Shown here: positions 21,577-32,470 of the stretch, one piece after another
Numbering within the stretch: the stretch's first letter is position 1
Layout of the letters: each line of letters begins with the position of its first letter
Assembly: GCA_938002995.1 (NCBI GenBank)
Contig: CALKZN010000121.1
Coordinates: 1 to 55,101 of the forward strand
Length of the DNA: 55,101 bases
Origin: an uncultured Arenicellaceae bacterium
GTDB taxonomy: Bacteria > Pseudomonadota > Gammaproteobacteria > Arenicellales > Arenicellaceae
Reading direction: 5' to 3'
Notes under the pieces: generated by a model
Seen by the model: only the letters and a program-made list of their open reading frames with translations
Told to the model about the DNA's origin: nothing
Databases searched by the model: none
Program-made: the position numbers and the translations under genes

Positions 21577-21732
21577 TTAATTACTTTTCGCTTTCTTGGT
21601 GTCGACTTCAGTTTGTTCAGCGGCATTTTTTCCTGGCTTTTCAGGAAGGAATAAATCGCCTTTGTTGCCACAAGCAGCAATGAATAATGCAGAAAGGATA
21701 AGCGCTAAACTTAATTTTTTTGTTGTTTTCAT
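21577..21732 (-). CDS. lptM: Small lipoprotein LptM (YifL family)
   Basis: Manual translation gives MKTTKKLSLALILSALFIAACGNKGDLFLPEKPGKNAAEQTEVDTKKAKSN (51 aa). It has a lipobox IAAC followed by GxKGxL, the LptM signature, in the usual position just upstream of lysA. It is too short for the ORF track. Confidence 0.8.
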   Translation of the reverse strand: MKTTKKLSLALILSALFIAACGNKGDLFLPEKPGKNAAEQTEVDTKKAKSN

Positions 21733-21780
21733 AATGAACTCTACTAGCTATGTGTTAGGTCTTAATATATTCAGTCTAAT

Positions 21781-23193
21781 CTAGATTGATTCTCTCATTG
21801 AGCGCAGGGCTTCTGCAACGCGTTTTGGTGCAGTACCACCAAAATGATCACGAGATTGAATTGAACCTTCAAGGCTCAAAACAGCAAAAACGTCTTGTTC
21901 AATCATAGGGCCAAAGGATTGTAATTTCTCTAAAGCGATGTCAGATAGTTGCTGTTCGTTTTCAATGGCATAATTTACCACTTTGCCAACAATTTCATGG
22001 GCATCGCGAAAAGGTATTTGTTTACGAACCAGATATTCGGCTAAATCAGTCGCTGTTGCATAGCCACCTAGAGCCGCTTGATACATTCTCTCACGTTTAA
22101 CTTCAATTGCTGGAATCATTGCTGTAAAAACAGGTAGAACGATTTCCAATGTATCGACGACATCAAATAAAGGTTCTTTATCTTCTTGATTATCACGGTT
22201 GTAAGCCAAGGGCTGTGATTTCATCAATGTTAATAATGTTGTTAAATCGCCATAAACACGTGCGCATTTACCGCGGACTAATTCTGCGATATCTGGATTT
22301 TTCTTTTGCGGCATGATGCTAGAGCCGGTGCAATAAGCATCACCAATACTGATAAATTTATAGGCTTCCGACATCCACAAGATAATTTCTTCACACATGC
22401 GAGACAAATGCATCATCAAGATAGCGCCATTGCTAGCAAACTCAATGGCAAAATCACGATCAGAAACAGCATCTAATGAATTGCGAGTTGGTGTGGCAAA
22501 GCCCAAAAGTTCACAAGTAATGGAGCGATCAATAGGGAAGCTAGTGCCAGCAAGTGCTGCTGAGCCTAGTGGCATGACATTGATGCGTTCGCGTGTGCTT
22601 AACACTCGTTCTTTGTCGCGTTGTAACATCTCGCACCACGCTAGCATGTGATGAGCAAAGCTAATCGGTTGCGCAACTTGTAAATGGGTGAAACCCGGCA
22701 TGATCGTTTCTATTTCAGGTTCAGCGAGGTCTAAAAGTGCCGTTTGAAGGTTGTTTAACAGCTCAACTTGAGCATCACTACGGTCACGCAAATATAGTCG
22801 AATATCAGTGGCAACTTGGTCATTACGCGAACGACCTGTATGTAATTTTTTGCCTGCTTCGCCGATGTCTTTAGTCAGGCGTGCCTCAATGTTCATGTGA
22901 ACATCTTCTAATGCAGTTGACCAAGTGAAATCGCCTGCTTGAATATCAGCAAGAATATTGAGCAGACCTGATTTGATTGAATCACGCTCTTCGTTTGTTA
23001 AGACTCCTACTGCTGCAAGCATAGTTGCGTGTGCAATAGAACCACGAATATCGTGCTCATAAAGTCTAGCATCAAAGCTGATAGACTCAGAAAACTGTTC
23101 TACTAGTTCATTAGTAGATTGCTGGAAGCGTCCGCCCCACATTTTTTTGTTGGCGGTTTTTGCGCTTGGCTGTTGATCAGGTTGCTTGGACAT
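21781..23193 (-). CDS. argH: Argininosuccinate lyase
   Basis: 470 aa with MWGGRF near the N-terminus and the [12 protein letters not shown] signature. The start could instead be the internal Met at 23142. Confidence 0.9.
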   Translation of the reverse strand: MSKQPDQQPSAKTANKKMWGGRFQQSTNELVEQFSESISFDARLYEHDIRGSIAHATMLAAVGVLTNEERDSIKSGLLNILADIQAGDFTWSTALEDVHMNIEARLTKDIGEAGKKLHTGRSRNDQVATDIRLYLRDRSDAQVELLNNLQTALLDLAEPEIETIMPGFTHLQVAQPISFAHHMLAWCEMLQRDKERVLSTRERINVMPLGSAALAGTSFPIDRSITCELLGFATPTRNSLDAVSDRDFAIEFASNGAILMMHLSRMCEEIILWMSEAYKFISIGDAYCTGSSIMPQKKNPDIAELVRGKCARVYGDLTTLLTLMKSQPLAYNRDNQEDKEPLFDVVDTLEIVLPVFTAMIPAIEVKRERMYQAALGGYATATDLAEYLVRKQIPFRDAHEIVGKVVNYAIENEQQLSDIALEKLQSFGPMIEQDVFAVLSLEGSIQSRDHFGGTAPKRVAEALRSMRESI

Positions 23194-23326
23194 TAGTCGT
23201 TAGATCTCAATCATAAAAAGTAAAACAGTCATTATACCTTTTTAATCTGTGGCAAAGAACCGCTATAATCAACAGTATCATGATTTCTATTGATGATTGT
23301 CGAGAGCGTTAGATCGACAAACGGCT

Positions 23327-23368
23327 TTAATACGTTTCTAGCGATAATTAATACGTTTCTAGCGATAA
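23327..23368. repeat. Perfect 21-bp tandem direct repeat TTAATACGTTTCTAGCGATAA x2 in the argH/hemC divergent spacer
   Basis: Read directly: 23327..23347 equals 23348..23368. It is preceded by the 7-bp inverted repeat TTGTCGA/TCGACAA (23298..23321). Confidence 0.9.
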
Positions 23369-23452
23369 ATAGTTGCATAAGTCAGATCAGAATATTCAAA
23401 AAAAATCAAAGTATCGTAAAGTAAAAATATAACTTAGGATGTGATCTAAACC

Positions 23453-24394
23453 GTGAATCAAACTCAAAACTCTCCTTTACGCATTGCAACACGAAACAGT
23501 CCTCTCGCTCTTTGGCAAGCACATTATATTCGTGATCGCTTACAAGCAGCACACACAGAGTTAAGCATTGAAATTGTCAGCATGACCACCAAGGGCGATC
23601 AAATTTTAGATCGTTCTTTGTCTAAAGTCGGGGGTAAAGGCTTGTTCATGAAAGAGCTTGAAGAAGCAATATTGGATGGGCGTGCCGATATTGCAGTGCA
23701 TTCCATGAAGGATGTCACTGTTGACTTGCCCGCAGGTTTGGAAATTTGCTGTGTTTGTGAACGAGAAACGCCTAATGATGCCTTTGTATCAAATAATTTC
23801 TCTTCATTAAGCGAATTGCCAAAAGGGGCGGTCGTAGGCACATCTAGCCTGCGTCGTCGTGCACAGCTCAAACATCATTTTCCGCATTTGGATATTCAAG
23901 ACTTGCGGGGAAACGTGAACACTCGACTGCGTAAACTTGATGAAGGTCAATATGATGCCATTATTTTGGCGGCAGCTGGTTTGATTCGACTAGATATGGC
24001 GGAACGTATCGCCGATTTAATTGATATTCAACGTAGTTTGCCAGCAGTTGGCCAAGGCATTGTCGGAATCGAATGTCGAGAAGGAGATGCTCGAATCAAA
24101 GCCTTAGTGCAAGTGTTGAACGATACAGAATCAGAAATTTGTATTACAGCAGAACGCAAAATGAATGAATGTCTTGATGGTGGGTGTTCAGTGCCAATTG
24201 CAGGTTTTGCTCAATTGGATAAGGGTGTTTTGCTGATGAAAGGCGTTGTTGGTGATATTCAAAACGGTGAATTATTAGTTGCTCAAGCTCAAGGCACGCC
24301 TGAACAAGCAGCCGCTCTGGGTGAACAGGTGGCCAAAGATTTGTTATCTCAAGGCGCCAAGGCTTTTATAATAAAGGTCGAGAAAACGGAATAA
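23453..24394 (+). CDS. hemC: Porphobilinogen deaminase (hydroxymethylbilane synthase), GTG start
   Basis: 313 aa with LRIATRNSPLALWQA, GGKGLFMKELE and the cofactor Cys region DGGCSVPIA. Confidence 0.9.
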   Translation: MNQTQNSPLRIATRNSPLALWQAHYIRDRLQAAHTELSIEIVSMTTKGDQILDRSLSKVGGKGLFMKELEEAILDGRADIAVHSMKDVTVDLPAGLEICCVCERETPNDAFVSNNFSSLSELPKGAVVGTSSLRRRAQLKHHFPHLDIQDLRGNVNTRLRKLDEGQYDAIILAAAGLIRLDMAERIADLIDIQRSLPAVGQGIVGIECREGDARIKALVQVLNDTESEICITAERKMNECLDGGCSVPIAGFAQLDKGVLLMKGVVGDIQNGELLVAQAQGTPEQAAALGEQVAKDLLSQGAKAFIIKVEKTE

Positions 24395-25180
24395 ATGATG
24401 CGCGTTTTACTGACCCGAAGTGCTTTGCACAACATGCTGTTCCGACAAGCAATAGAGGAATGTATAGAAAAGCAGAGTGCAAATATAGATGTCACGGTTA
24501 TGGAAGCACCTTTGTTGGAACAAGTTCCGGTTGTGGATTCAGTGGGAAATCTACAGGAGTTTTTGCAAGACAAAAAAATTGAAGAGGTTATTTTCATTTC
24601 TCCATCATCTGTAGATTTTGGCGCTGAAAGGGTATTTGAGAAAATGGAACTTCAGCGGGTGTTCGCAGTTGGCAAGGGTACGGCTAATATGCTGAAAACC
24701 AAGATTGATAGAATGTCTTTAAAAGGTAGTTCTGAGTTTGAAGTGGTCTTCCCAACGCAAAACGTCGGTTCGCAGGGTTTGCTAGATTTGCCTGCAATGA
24801 AAGCCGTTGAAAACATGCAAATATTAATTGTCACTGGCTCTGAAGGAAAACCTGATCTAGAACGACAGTTATTAGATCGTGGAGCTCAAGTGAGTCGATG
24901 GGAGTGTTATCAACGACAAAAGCCAGTTGAATTAGCAGCACAACTTACAAAAATTCTTGAACAACCTTTATCCTATGTCTTTTTGCATAGTTCTCATGCC
25001 GCTAAGCATTTTCTTGAAGAAATACCCGAAGACTGTTCGATGCATTCCACTATGGCGATTGTCGGAGCAAAATCTATTGCTGAAGAACTGAAAAAGCATG
25101 AATGGGAGGGAGGTGTCGAAATTGCTGAGACGCCTATGCCAAAAGACATGCTCAAAGTTTTTAAACAACAGTTGATATAA
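24395..25180 (+). CDS. hemD: Uroporphyrinogen-III synthase
   Basis: 261 aa. It starts immediately after the hemC stop in the conserved hemC-hemD-hemX-hemY order. The sequence itself is weakly conserved, as is usual for HemD. Confidence 0.7.
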   Translation: MMRVLLTRSALHNMLFRQAIEECIEKQSANIDVTVMEAPLLEQVPVVDSVGNLQEFLQDKKIEEVIFISPSSVDFGAERVFEKMELQRVFAVGKGTANMLKTKIDRMSLKGSSEFEVVFPTQNVGSQGLLDLPAMKAVENMQILIVTGSEGKPDLERQLLDRGAQVSRWECYQRQKPVELAAQLTKILEQPLSYVFLHSSHAAKHFLEEIPEDCSMHSTMAIVGAKSIAEELKKHEWEGGVEIAETPMPKDMLKVFKQQLI

Positions 25181-25278
25181 ATCAACTATATTACGATTCT
25201 TTTCTTTGTTTAACATTTCAGCCGAATGCGTTTGTGGTAAATTATAAGGCTGGAAATAAATTATTGTGTGATCTAATC

Positions 25279-26256
25279 ATGGCAGATTCAAAAAAACAGA
25301 AGCCTTCAACGGCTAAATCTTCAAAGGCTAATCCTGCGGCGAAAAAAACAGCTGATAAGTCGGCTGCAACTAATGCTAAAACGACGACGAAACAGTCATC
25401 TGCCCCAGCAGCTCCAACAACTACTACGAAAGAAACTACTGCGAAAGCAACTAGTTCAGAAAAAACTAGTTCAGAAAAAACTAGTTCAGAAAAAACTAGT
25501 TCAGAAAAAACTAGCGCAGCTAGTAAGGCAACTGACGCTAAAAAAGTAGAGAAGCCTGTTGCTAAAGCTGTACAAAAACCTGCTCAGAAAGAAAAGCGTT
25601 CTGGCGGCGGGGTGGCATTTTTGGCATTATTATGTTCACTAGGAGCATTAGGCCTTTCTGGTTATAACTACTATGAGCAGAATCTCTCTCCTAAGAAAGC
25701 ACAATCACAAGAAGCATTGTTGTCAGGTGTTAACGACATCAAAGGTAATGTGACTGAGTTCAGTGGAGTTGTGACTTCTTTGCAACAAGACGTGCAAGAT
25801 TTCAAAGATAGCCAATCTCAATATATTACTAAAGATACGTTAGATTCTGTGGTTAAAGAGAGTGTTGATAATGCTGTTGCTAACTTGCCTGATTTACCGC
25901 AAATTGGTCCGGTAGAATTAAATCAAGATGGTTTAAACGCATCTTCAGAAAATAGTAGCAATGAAGCTGAAGGTTCTTCACAAGCTGAAAATACTTCAGA
26001 GTCTGAGGGTTCTTCGCCAACTGAAGGCTCTTCATCAGCTGAGGGCTCTTCATCGACTGAATCATCTAATACAGACGGTTCAGTAACGTCGTCATCTGCA
26101 GTAGAAAGTACGCAAGAAAATTCTTCTGATACAGCAACAAACGATGCTCAAAATGAAGAAGATAGTGCATGGTCTTGGGGTCGAGCTAAGCAAGACTTCA
26201 AAGCGATGGTAATGGGCTTCATTACGATCAAAAAAACTGATCAAGGAAATAACTAA
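25279..26256 (+). CDS. hemX: HemX-like membrane protein with low-complexity insertions
   Basis: From MADSKKQKP: a basic Ala/Lys/Thr-rich N-terminus, one TM helix (VAFLALLCSLGALGLSG), a coiled-coil-like region, then a Ser/Glu-rich tract and the conserved-type end WSWGRAKQDFKAMVMGFITIKK. Its position between hemD and hemY supports the call. Confidence 0.65.
   Translation: MADSKKQKPSTAKSSKANPAAKKTADKSAATNAKTTTKQSSAPAAPTTTTKETTAKATSSEKTSSEKTSSEKTSSEKTSAASKATDAKKVEKPVAKAVQKPAQKEKRSGGGVAFLALLCSLGALGLSGYNYYEQNLSPKKAQSQEALLSGVNDIKGNVTEFSGVVTSLQQDVQDFKDSQSQYITKDTLDSVVKESVDNAVANLPDLPQIGPVELNQDGLNASSENSSNEAEGSSQAENTSESEGSSPTEGSSSAEGSSSTESSNTDGSVTSSSAVESTQENSSDTATNDAQNEEDSAWSWGRAKQDFKAMVMGFITIKKTDQGNN
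25451..25514 (+). repeat. In-frame 15-bp tandem repeat CTAGTTCAGAAAAAA x4.3 (encodes SSEKT repeats) inside hemX
   Basis: Read directly: four identical units at 25451, 25466, 25481 and 25496, plus the partial unit CTAG. Confidence 0.9.
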
Positions 26257-26277
26257 AAAAGACCGGAGATTTAGAAA

Positions 26278-27564
26278 ATGCGTATTTTAATTGTAATTTT
26301 TGCACTAATAATCGGTGGCCTGATTGGTTTCATGAAGCTATCTCAATTAAGTGGTGACGGAGCTCAAGCGGTTTTTGAAGCTGCTGGCTACGAAATTAAA
26401 ATTCCATTTATGGGATTTATAGCGGTTGTTTTAATCAGTTTTGTTATTTTGTATTTTTTCTTCCGCATGTTGGGAGGGTTATTTCGCGCGCCAAAACGTG
26501 TAGGAAATTGGAATCAAACGCGCAATGAAAAAGCAGCGCAACAAAAATTGGGCACAGGTTTTCTAGCCTTAATGAAAGGCGATTGGAAAAAAGCAGAAAA
26601 ACAATTACTTGCTAAAACCCAGTACACTGAAGTACCTTTTGTAAACTTCTTGGCAGCAGCACAAGCGGCTCAAGAACAAGGTAAGTATGGCAAGCGTAAT
26701 GAATATTTGGCTAAAGCCTTAGAGAAGGCGCCGAATGACAGTCTTGCTATTAATATGACTCGAGCACGCCTAGATCAACAAATTGGTAAGTCAGAAGATG
26801 CCTTGAAAACATTGCTTACAGTTAAAGATTTGGGTCGAAGTAACCCACAATTCATGGCAATGTTGGCACAAGCTTATGATGAACTTGATGAGAATGAAAA
26901 ACTCGCACAAATATTGCCTGAAGTAAAACGATTGGGCGCATTGCCAGAAGCGGTTATTGCTGAAATGCAAGCTGAAATGGACCTTGAAAAATTCGAAAAT
27001 GCTGAAGATAAAGAAGCAGCATGGAAAGAAACTACAAAAACATCTCGTAAAGACCCTGATTTTGTTGCGGCTTATGCTGAATTCCAAATTCTAAAAGGTC
27101 GAGTTGATGTTGCTGAAAAATTAATCAGCACGACATTGAAGACTACCTGGGATGATGAGCTAGTGAATATGTACGGCCGCATTCAATCCACCAATCGTAA
27201 AAAATATCTCCGTCAAGTGGATGGCTGGTTATTAGCACGTCCAGAAAATGCTGAATTGCATCTGGCGGCAGGCCGACTTGCCGCGCAAAATAAAGATGTT
27301 GAACGAGCACAACAAGAATTTGAAGAAGCTATCAAACTTGGCGGCTTGACTGAAGCATTTGAAGAGCTAGGTTTGTTGCATGAGTCTGAGCAAGATTTAC
27401 GCAAAGCATTAGCCTTATATCGTTCAGGTTTGGCCAGCGCCAATGGTGCACATTCTGTTGCATTGGAACAATTAAAAAAAGTTGCAGACGAAGACAAAGC
27501 ACCTGAAAAAGAGGTTAAACCAGAAGCTCAAGAAGGCGAGTTAATCAGTAAATCTGATGCCTGA
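26278..27564 (+). CDS. hemY: HemY-like TPR membrane protein
   Basis: 428 aa with two N-terminal TM helices and a HemY_N-like region followed by TPR-like repeats. It is the last gene of the hemCDXY cluster. Confidence 0.75.
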   Translation: MRILIVIFALIIGGLIGFMKLSQLSGDGAQAVFEAAGYEIKIPFMGFIAVVLISFVILYFFFRMLGGLFRAPKRVGNWNQTRNEKAAQQKLGTGFLALMKGDWKKAEKQLLAKTQYTEVPFVNFLAAAQAAQEQGKYGKRNEYLAKALEKAPNDSLAINMTRARLDQQIGKSEDALKTLLTVKDLGRSNPQFMAMLAQAYDELDENEKLAQILPEVKRLGALPEAVIAEMQAEMDLEKFENAEDKEAAWKETTKTSRKDPDFVAAYAEFQILKGRVDVAEKLISTTLKTTWDDELVNMYGRIQSTNRKKYLRQVDGWLLARPENAELHLAAGRLAAQNKDVERAQQEFEEAIKLGGLTEAFEELGLLHESEQDLRKALALYRSGLASANGAHSVALEQLKKVADEDKAPEKEVKPEAQEGELISKSDA

Positions 27565-28417
27565 GTTACCAGAGGTTGAAACCACGCTGCGTGGTATTCA
27601 ACCTTTTGTTGATGGTGCTGTTTTAAGCAAAGTCGAGGTCAGAAATGCGTCTTTGCGTTGGCCTGTTCCGGTCAAGCAACTACAAACCTTAACGGGCCAG
27701 TTAGTCAATCGCTCGTATCGTCGAGCAAAATACATTTTGTTGGAAACACCTAAAGGCTCCTTGATGTTGCATTTAGGCATGTCAGGCAGCGTTCGATTGG
27801 TAGATGCTGCCGTGCAAGAAGCACCTGCAAAACATGATCATATTGATTTGCACTTCCAGCAGAAGCCAGAAGGCCAAGATAACTATAAAGAATGGATAGT
27901 TCGCTATCATGATCCGCGTCGTTTCGGCTCTTTATTGTTTATCGATGCAAAAGATCATTCAAAAATTGATGCGCATCCTTTGTTAGGAAAGTTAGGTCCA
28001 GAACCATTGTCTGATGCATTCGATGCAGAACATTTGTTCAAGCATTCGCGCAAACGCAGTGTGGCGGTCAAGAATTTCATTATGAATGGTCACGTCGTTG
28101 TAGGTGTTGGGAATATTTATGCCAGTGAATGTTTGTTTCTGGCAAAGGTTCGTCCAACTCGACCTGCGGGCAAGGTGACCAAAGCAGAATATGTAAAAAT
28201 CACTGAAGCGATTAAACAGGTTTTGGATAGAGCAATCAAAGTAGGTGGAACGACATTGCGTGATTTCACCGGCTCGGATGGAAAAGCTGGATATTTTAGT
28301 CAAAAATTAAACGTCTATGATAGAGCTGAAAAGTCATGTAAAGAGTGTGGTTTTGAGATTAAACGTATCATTATTGGCCAAAGGTCGTCTTTTTATTGCT
28401 CGCAGTGCCAGAAGTAA
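27557..28417 (+). CDS. mutM: Formamidopyrimidine-DNA glycosylase
   Basis: 286 aa with MPELPEVETT at the N-terminus, the H2TH region and the C-terminal zinc finger CKECG...CSQCQK. Its ATG overlaps the last 8 nt of hemY. Confidence 0.92.
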   Translation: MPELPEVETTLRGIQPFVDGAVLSKVEVRNASLRWPVPVKQLQTLTGQLVNRSYRRAKYILLETPKGSLMLHLGMSGSVRLVDAAVQEAPAKHDHIDLHFQQKPEGQDNYKEWIVRYHDPRRFGSLLFIDAKDHSKIDAHPLLGKLGPEPLSDAFDAEHLFKHSRKRSVAVKNFIMNGHVVVGVGNIYASECLFLAKVRPTRPAGKVTKAEYVKITEAIKQVLDRAIKVGGTTLRDFTGSDGKAGYFSQKLNVYDRAEKSCKECGFEIKRIIIGQRSSFYCSQCQK

Positions 28418-28627
28418 TCCATTAAATCTTAACAACTTGTGATGGCTTGTTGAGACAGTAGATGAAACGTCTTGTATTTCGTGTATAATCCGGACCCCAA
28501 ACCTACTTATGTAGAGTTTTTTTGTACGAATATCACCGGTGTACGGGTCTTTTTCTATAGGCAGCGATATAGATAACAAGCTATAGAGGCAACGGCAAGC
28601 AGTATTCGTGCAAAAGTATTCTTCTAA

Positions 28628-30904
<2,277 letters not shown>

Positions 30905-30922
30905 GCGATATCAACATTTTCT

Positions 30923-30953
30923 AAAAAGGCGAGCTGATTAGCTCGCCTTTTTT
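30923..30953. terminator. Rho-independent terminator after icd (A-tract/stem/T-tract, potentially bidirectional)
   Basis: AAAAAGGCGAGC-TGATTA-GCTCGCCTTTTTT: a 7-bp GC-rich stem flanked by A5 and T6. Confidence 0.85.
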
Positions 30954-31063
30954 ATTACTTGCATAATATTGAAAATAAAGCATAAAATGTTCAAAGAAAA
31001 ACATCTCTGACATATAAGTTGGAGAACAAACTGTTAGTAATATGACTAACAATAGGAGTAATT

Positions 31064-31273
31064 ATGGAATATAAAGTTGTGATTTATCAAGAAGGTATGC
31101 TTGGGTCGTTATTACTAGGAGGGGCAAAAGTTAATCCTCTTAAGTTCACGGATTTTCTTAATAAGAACGCTGCAGAAGGTTGGAGAGTGCAAACAATGGA
31201 GAAAGATATTCGTAGAATGTTGCTTTTATGGAAGAGGGAATCGTATGTTGTGATTCTGGGGCGAGAAAAATGA
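31064..31273 (+). CDS. DUF4177-like small protein
   Basis: 69 aa. MEYKVV...FLNKNAAEGWRVQTMEK...VVILGREK matches my memory of the DUF4177 pattern (EYKvv ... LNelGaeGWeL). This was not checked by search. Confidence 0.55.
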   Translation: MEYKVVIYQEGMLGSLLLGGAKVNPLKFTDFLNKNAAEGWRVQTMEKDIRRMLLLWKRESYVVILGREK

Positions 31274-31485
31274 AATATGGATCGATAATTTGCACAACGC
31301 TGTTTGTATTAGGCGTTGTTTTATCTTTAGTTCAGTTGTGGTTCGCCCCTTTTGATGCGGAGATATTTACAAAAATATTGATAACGTTAATGGCACTTTT
31401 TGTCATCGCTTTAGGGATTGCCTTAGTGTTTAGAGAGTATCTCAGCGATAAGGAATTGAAAAAAAAGGGTTATATTGATGAGTAA
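31270..31485 (+). CDS. Small 2-TM membrane protein, translationally coupled to the DUF4177 gene
   Basis: 71 aa from MKYGSIICTTLFVLGVVLSL, with two hydrophobic helices. Its ATG overlaps the upstream TGA (ATGA at 31270..31273). Confidence 0.5.
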   Translation: MKYGSIICTTLFVLGVVLSLVQLWFAPFDAEIFTKILITLMALFVIALGIALVFREYLSDKELKKKGYIDE

Positions 31486-31668
31486 GGATTACTAATCAGT
31501 AGGTCGCCTTTTTAAGGGCTTTGACTCATAAATTTAATGAACCATTTATCGAGGATGGCCTGTGTAGTTATCCACTAACAAAAGAGTTAAAGTCAAAATT
31601 TTTTTAAAGGCGTTGATCCTATAAGCTGCTCTTGCTGTTAATTTTTTCCTTATCGAGGCGTTAATGAT

Positions 31669-32403
31669 ATGAAGACAGACATCACTTCTGCTGTAATAAT
31701 AGTTATTGTTTTATATATATTATCATCGGTTATTTGTATGAATGTCGCGAATAAAAAAGGATTAAATCTAAAACTTTGGAGCATTATGGGTTTAATTTTT
31801 GGCCCAGGAGCAATTCTTGCGATATTTCTGACGAACACAGAGATAACCCATGCGAGAACTATTGAATCGTTTGATGAAAGGGTTCAATATTTTTTAGACT
31901 TAGGTCTTCTAGAAGATCAGAATTTTGAGGTAGTTAAAGCAAAAATACTTAGAAAATATATAGAAGAATGGGGGGCTGATTTTGAAAAAGAGGTAGGTAT
32001 TGATGACTTGTATATTCTTTATTATGGGAGCGAAAAAGTTTGGTGGGAAGATACTGAAGCTGACGTTCTTAATGGTAATAATATTTATGTAAGTACATTA
32101 AAAGAATGGGGGTTTATTTCGAAATATTTTTTTCTACCAACTGAAATTACTGAAAAATGGAAATCAGAAGAAGGTCCGATTACGATTGAATTTCGATTAA
32201 ACGACAAAATTCAAAACATTTATCCTAAGTATCTTAATGACTATATCGATATTGATTTACTGAAATCGATCAATAAATTAATTCCTGCTACAGAAAGCAA
32301 GTTTGAATTATTGAAAGCATTTGATCAAACAGCATATGTAATATGGTTAAATAAAACTGAAAAAAAGGCTCTTATTCGAAGAGGTTGGAAATTTTCTTGG
32401 TAA
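31669..32403 (+). CDS. Hypothetical membrane-anchored protein (2 N-terminal TM helices plus a ~185-aa domain of unknown function)
   Basis: 244-aa ORF in extremely AT-rich DNA. The N-terminus has two hydrophobic helices (SAVIIVIVLYILSSVICMNVA and LWSIMGLIFGPGAILAIFL). The soluble domain is rich in W/Y/E/K and I recognise no motif. Confidence 0.5.
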   Translation: MKTDITSAVIIVIVLYILSSVICMNVANKKGLNLKLWSIMGLIFGPGAILAIFLTNTEITHARTIESFDERVQYFLDLGLLEDQNFEVVKAKILRKYIEEWGADFEKEVGIDDLYILYYGSEKVWWEDTEADVLNGNNIYVSTLKEWGFISKYFFLPTEITEKWKSEEGPITIEFRLNDKIQNIYPKYLNDYIDIDLLKSINKLIPATESKFELLKAFDQTAYVIWLNKTEKKALIRRGWKFSW

Positions 32404-32470
32404 ATTGCTGTTGAAACTAACTCAAGCTTTAGCCGTACACTTGTGACTAAAACCCACCCTTTGATCAATT

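Noticed and set aside
21543-21680. The ORF track shows N-terminal extensions of lysA here. Analogous extensions occur for glyQ (1894..1935), hemX (25234..25278), icd (28637..28672), the PEGA lipoprotein (43732..43899), lptE (50833..50841), proA (52431..52472) and the ABM protein (14775..14786).
   Set aside because: The conserved protein sequence, signal peptide or SD begins at an internal Met in each case. The extensions overlap neighbouring genes or look non-coding.
25451-25514. I considered whether the 15-bp x4 perfect repeat could be a mini CRISPR-like or regulatory array.
   Set aside because: The units are directly adjacent with no spacers, lie in frame inside the hemX coding region, and translate to SSEKT repeats. 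It is a coding microsatellite-type expansion.
30923-30953. The icd terminator and the yfhL terminator (42973..43003) look alike (AAAAAGGCGA[G/A]C...G[C/T]TCGCCTTTTTT). I considered a dispersed REP/MITE-like element.
   Set aside because: The similarity is confined to a generic A-tract / GGCGA stem / T-tract design, and the loops and flanks differ. I saw no further copies in other spacers of the window.
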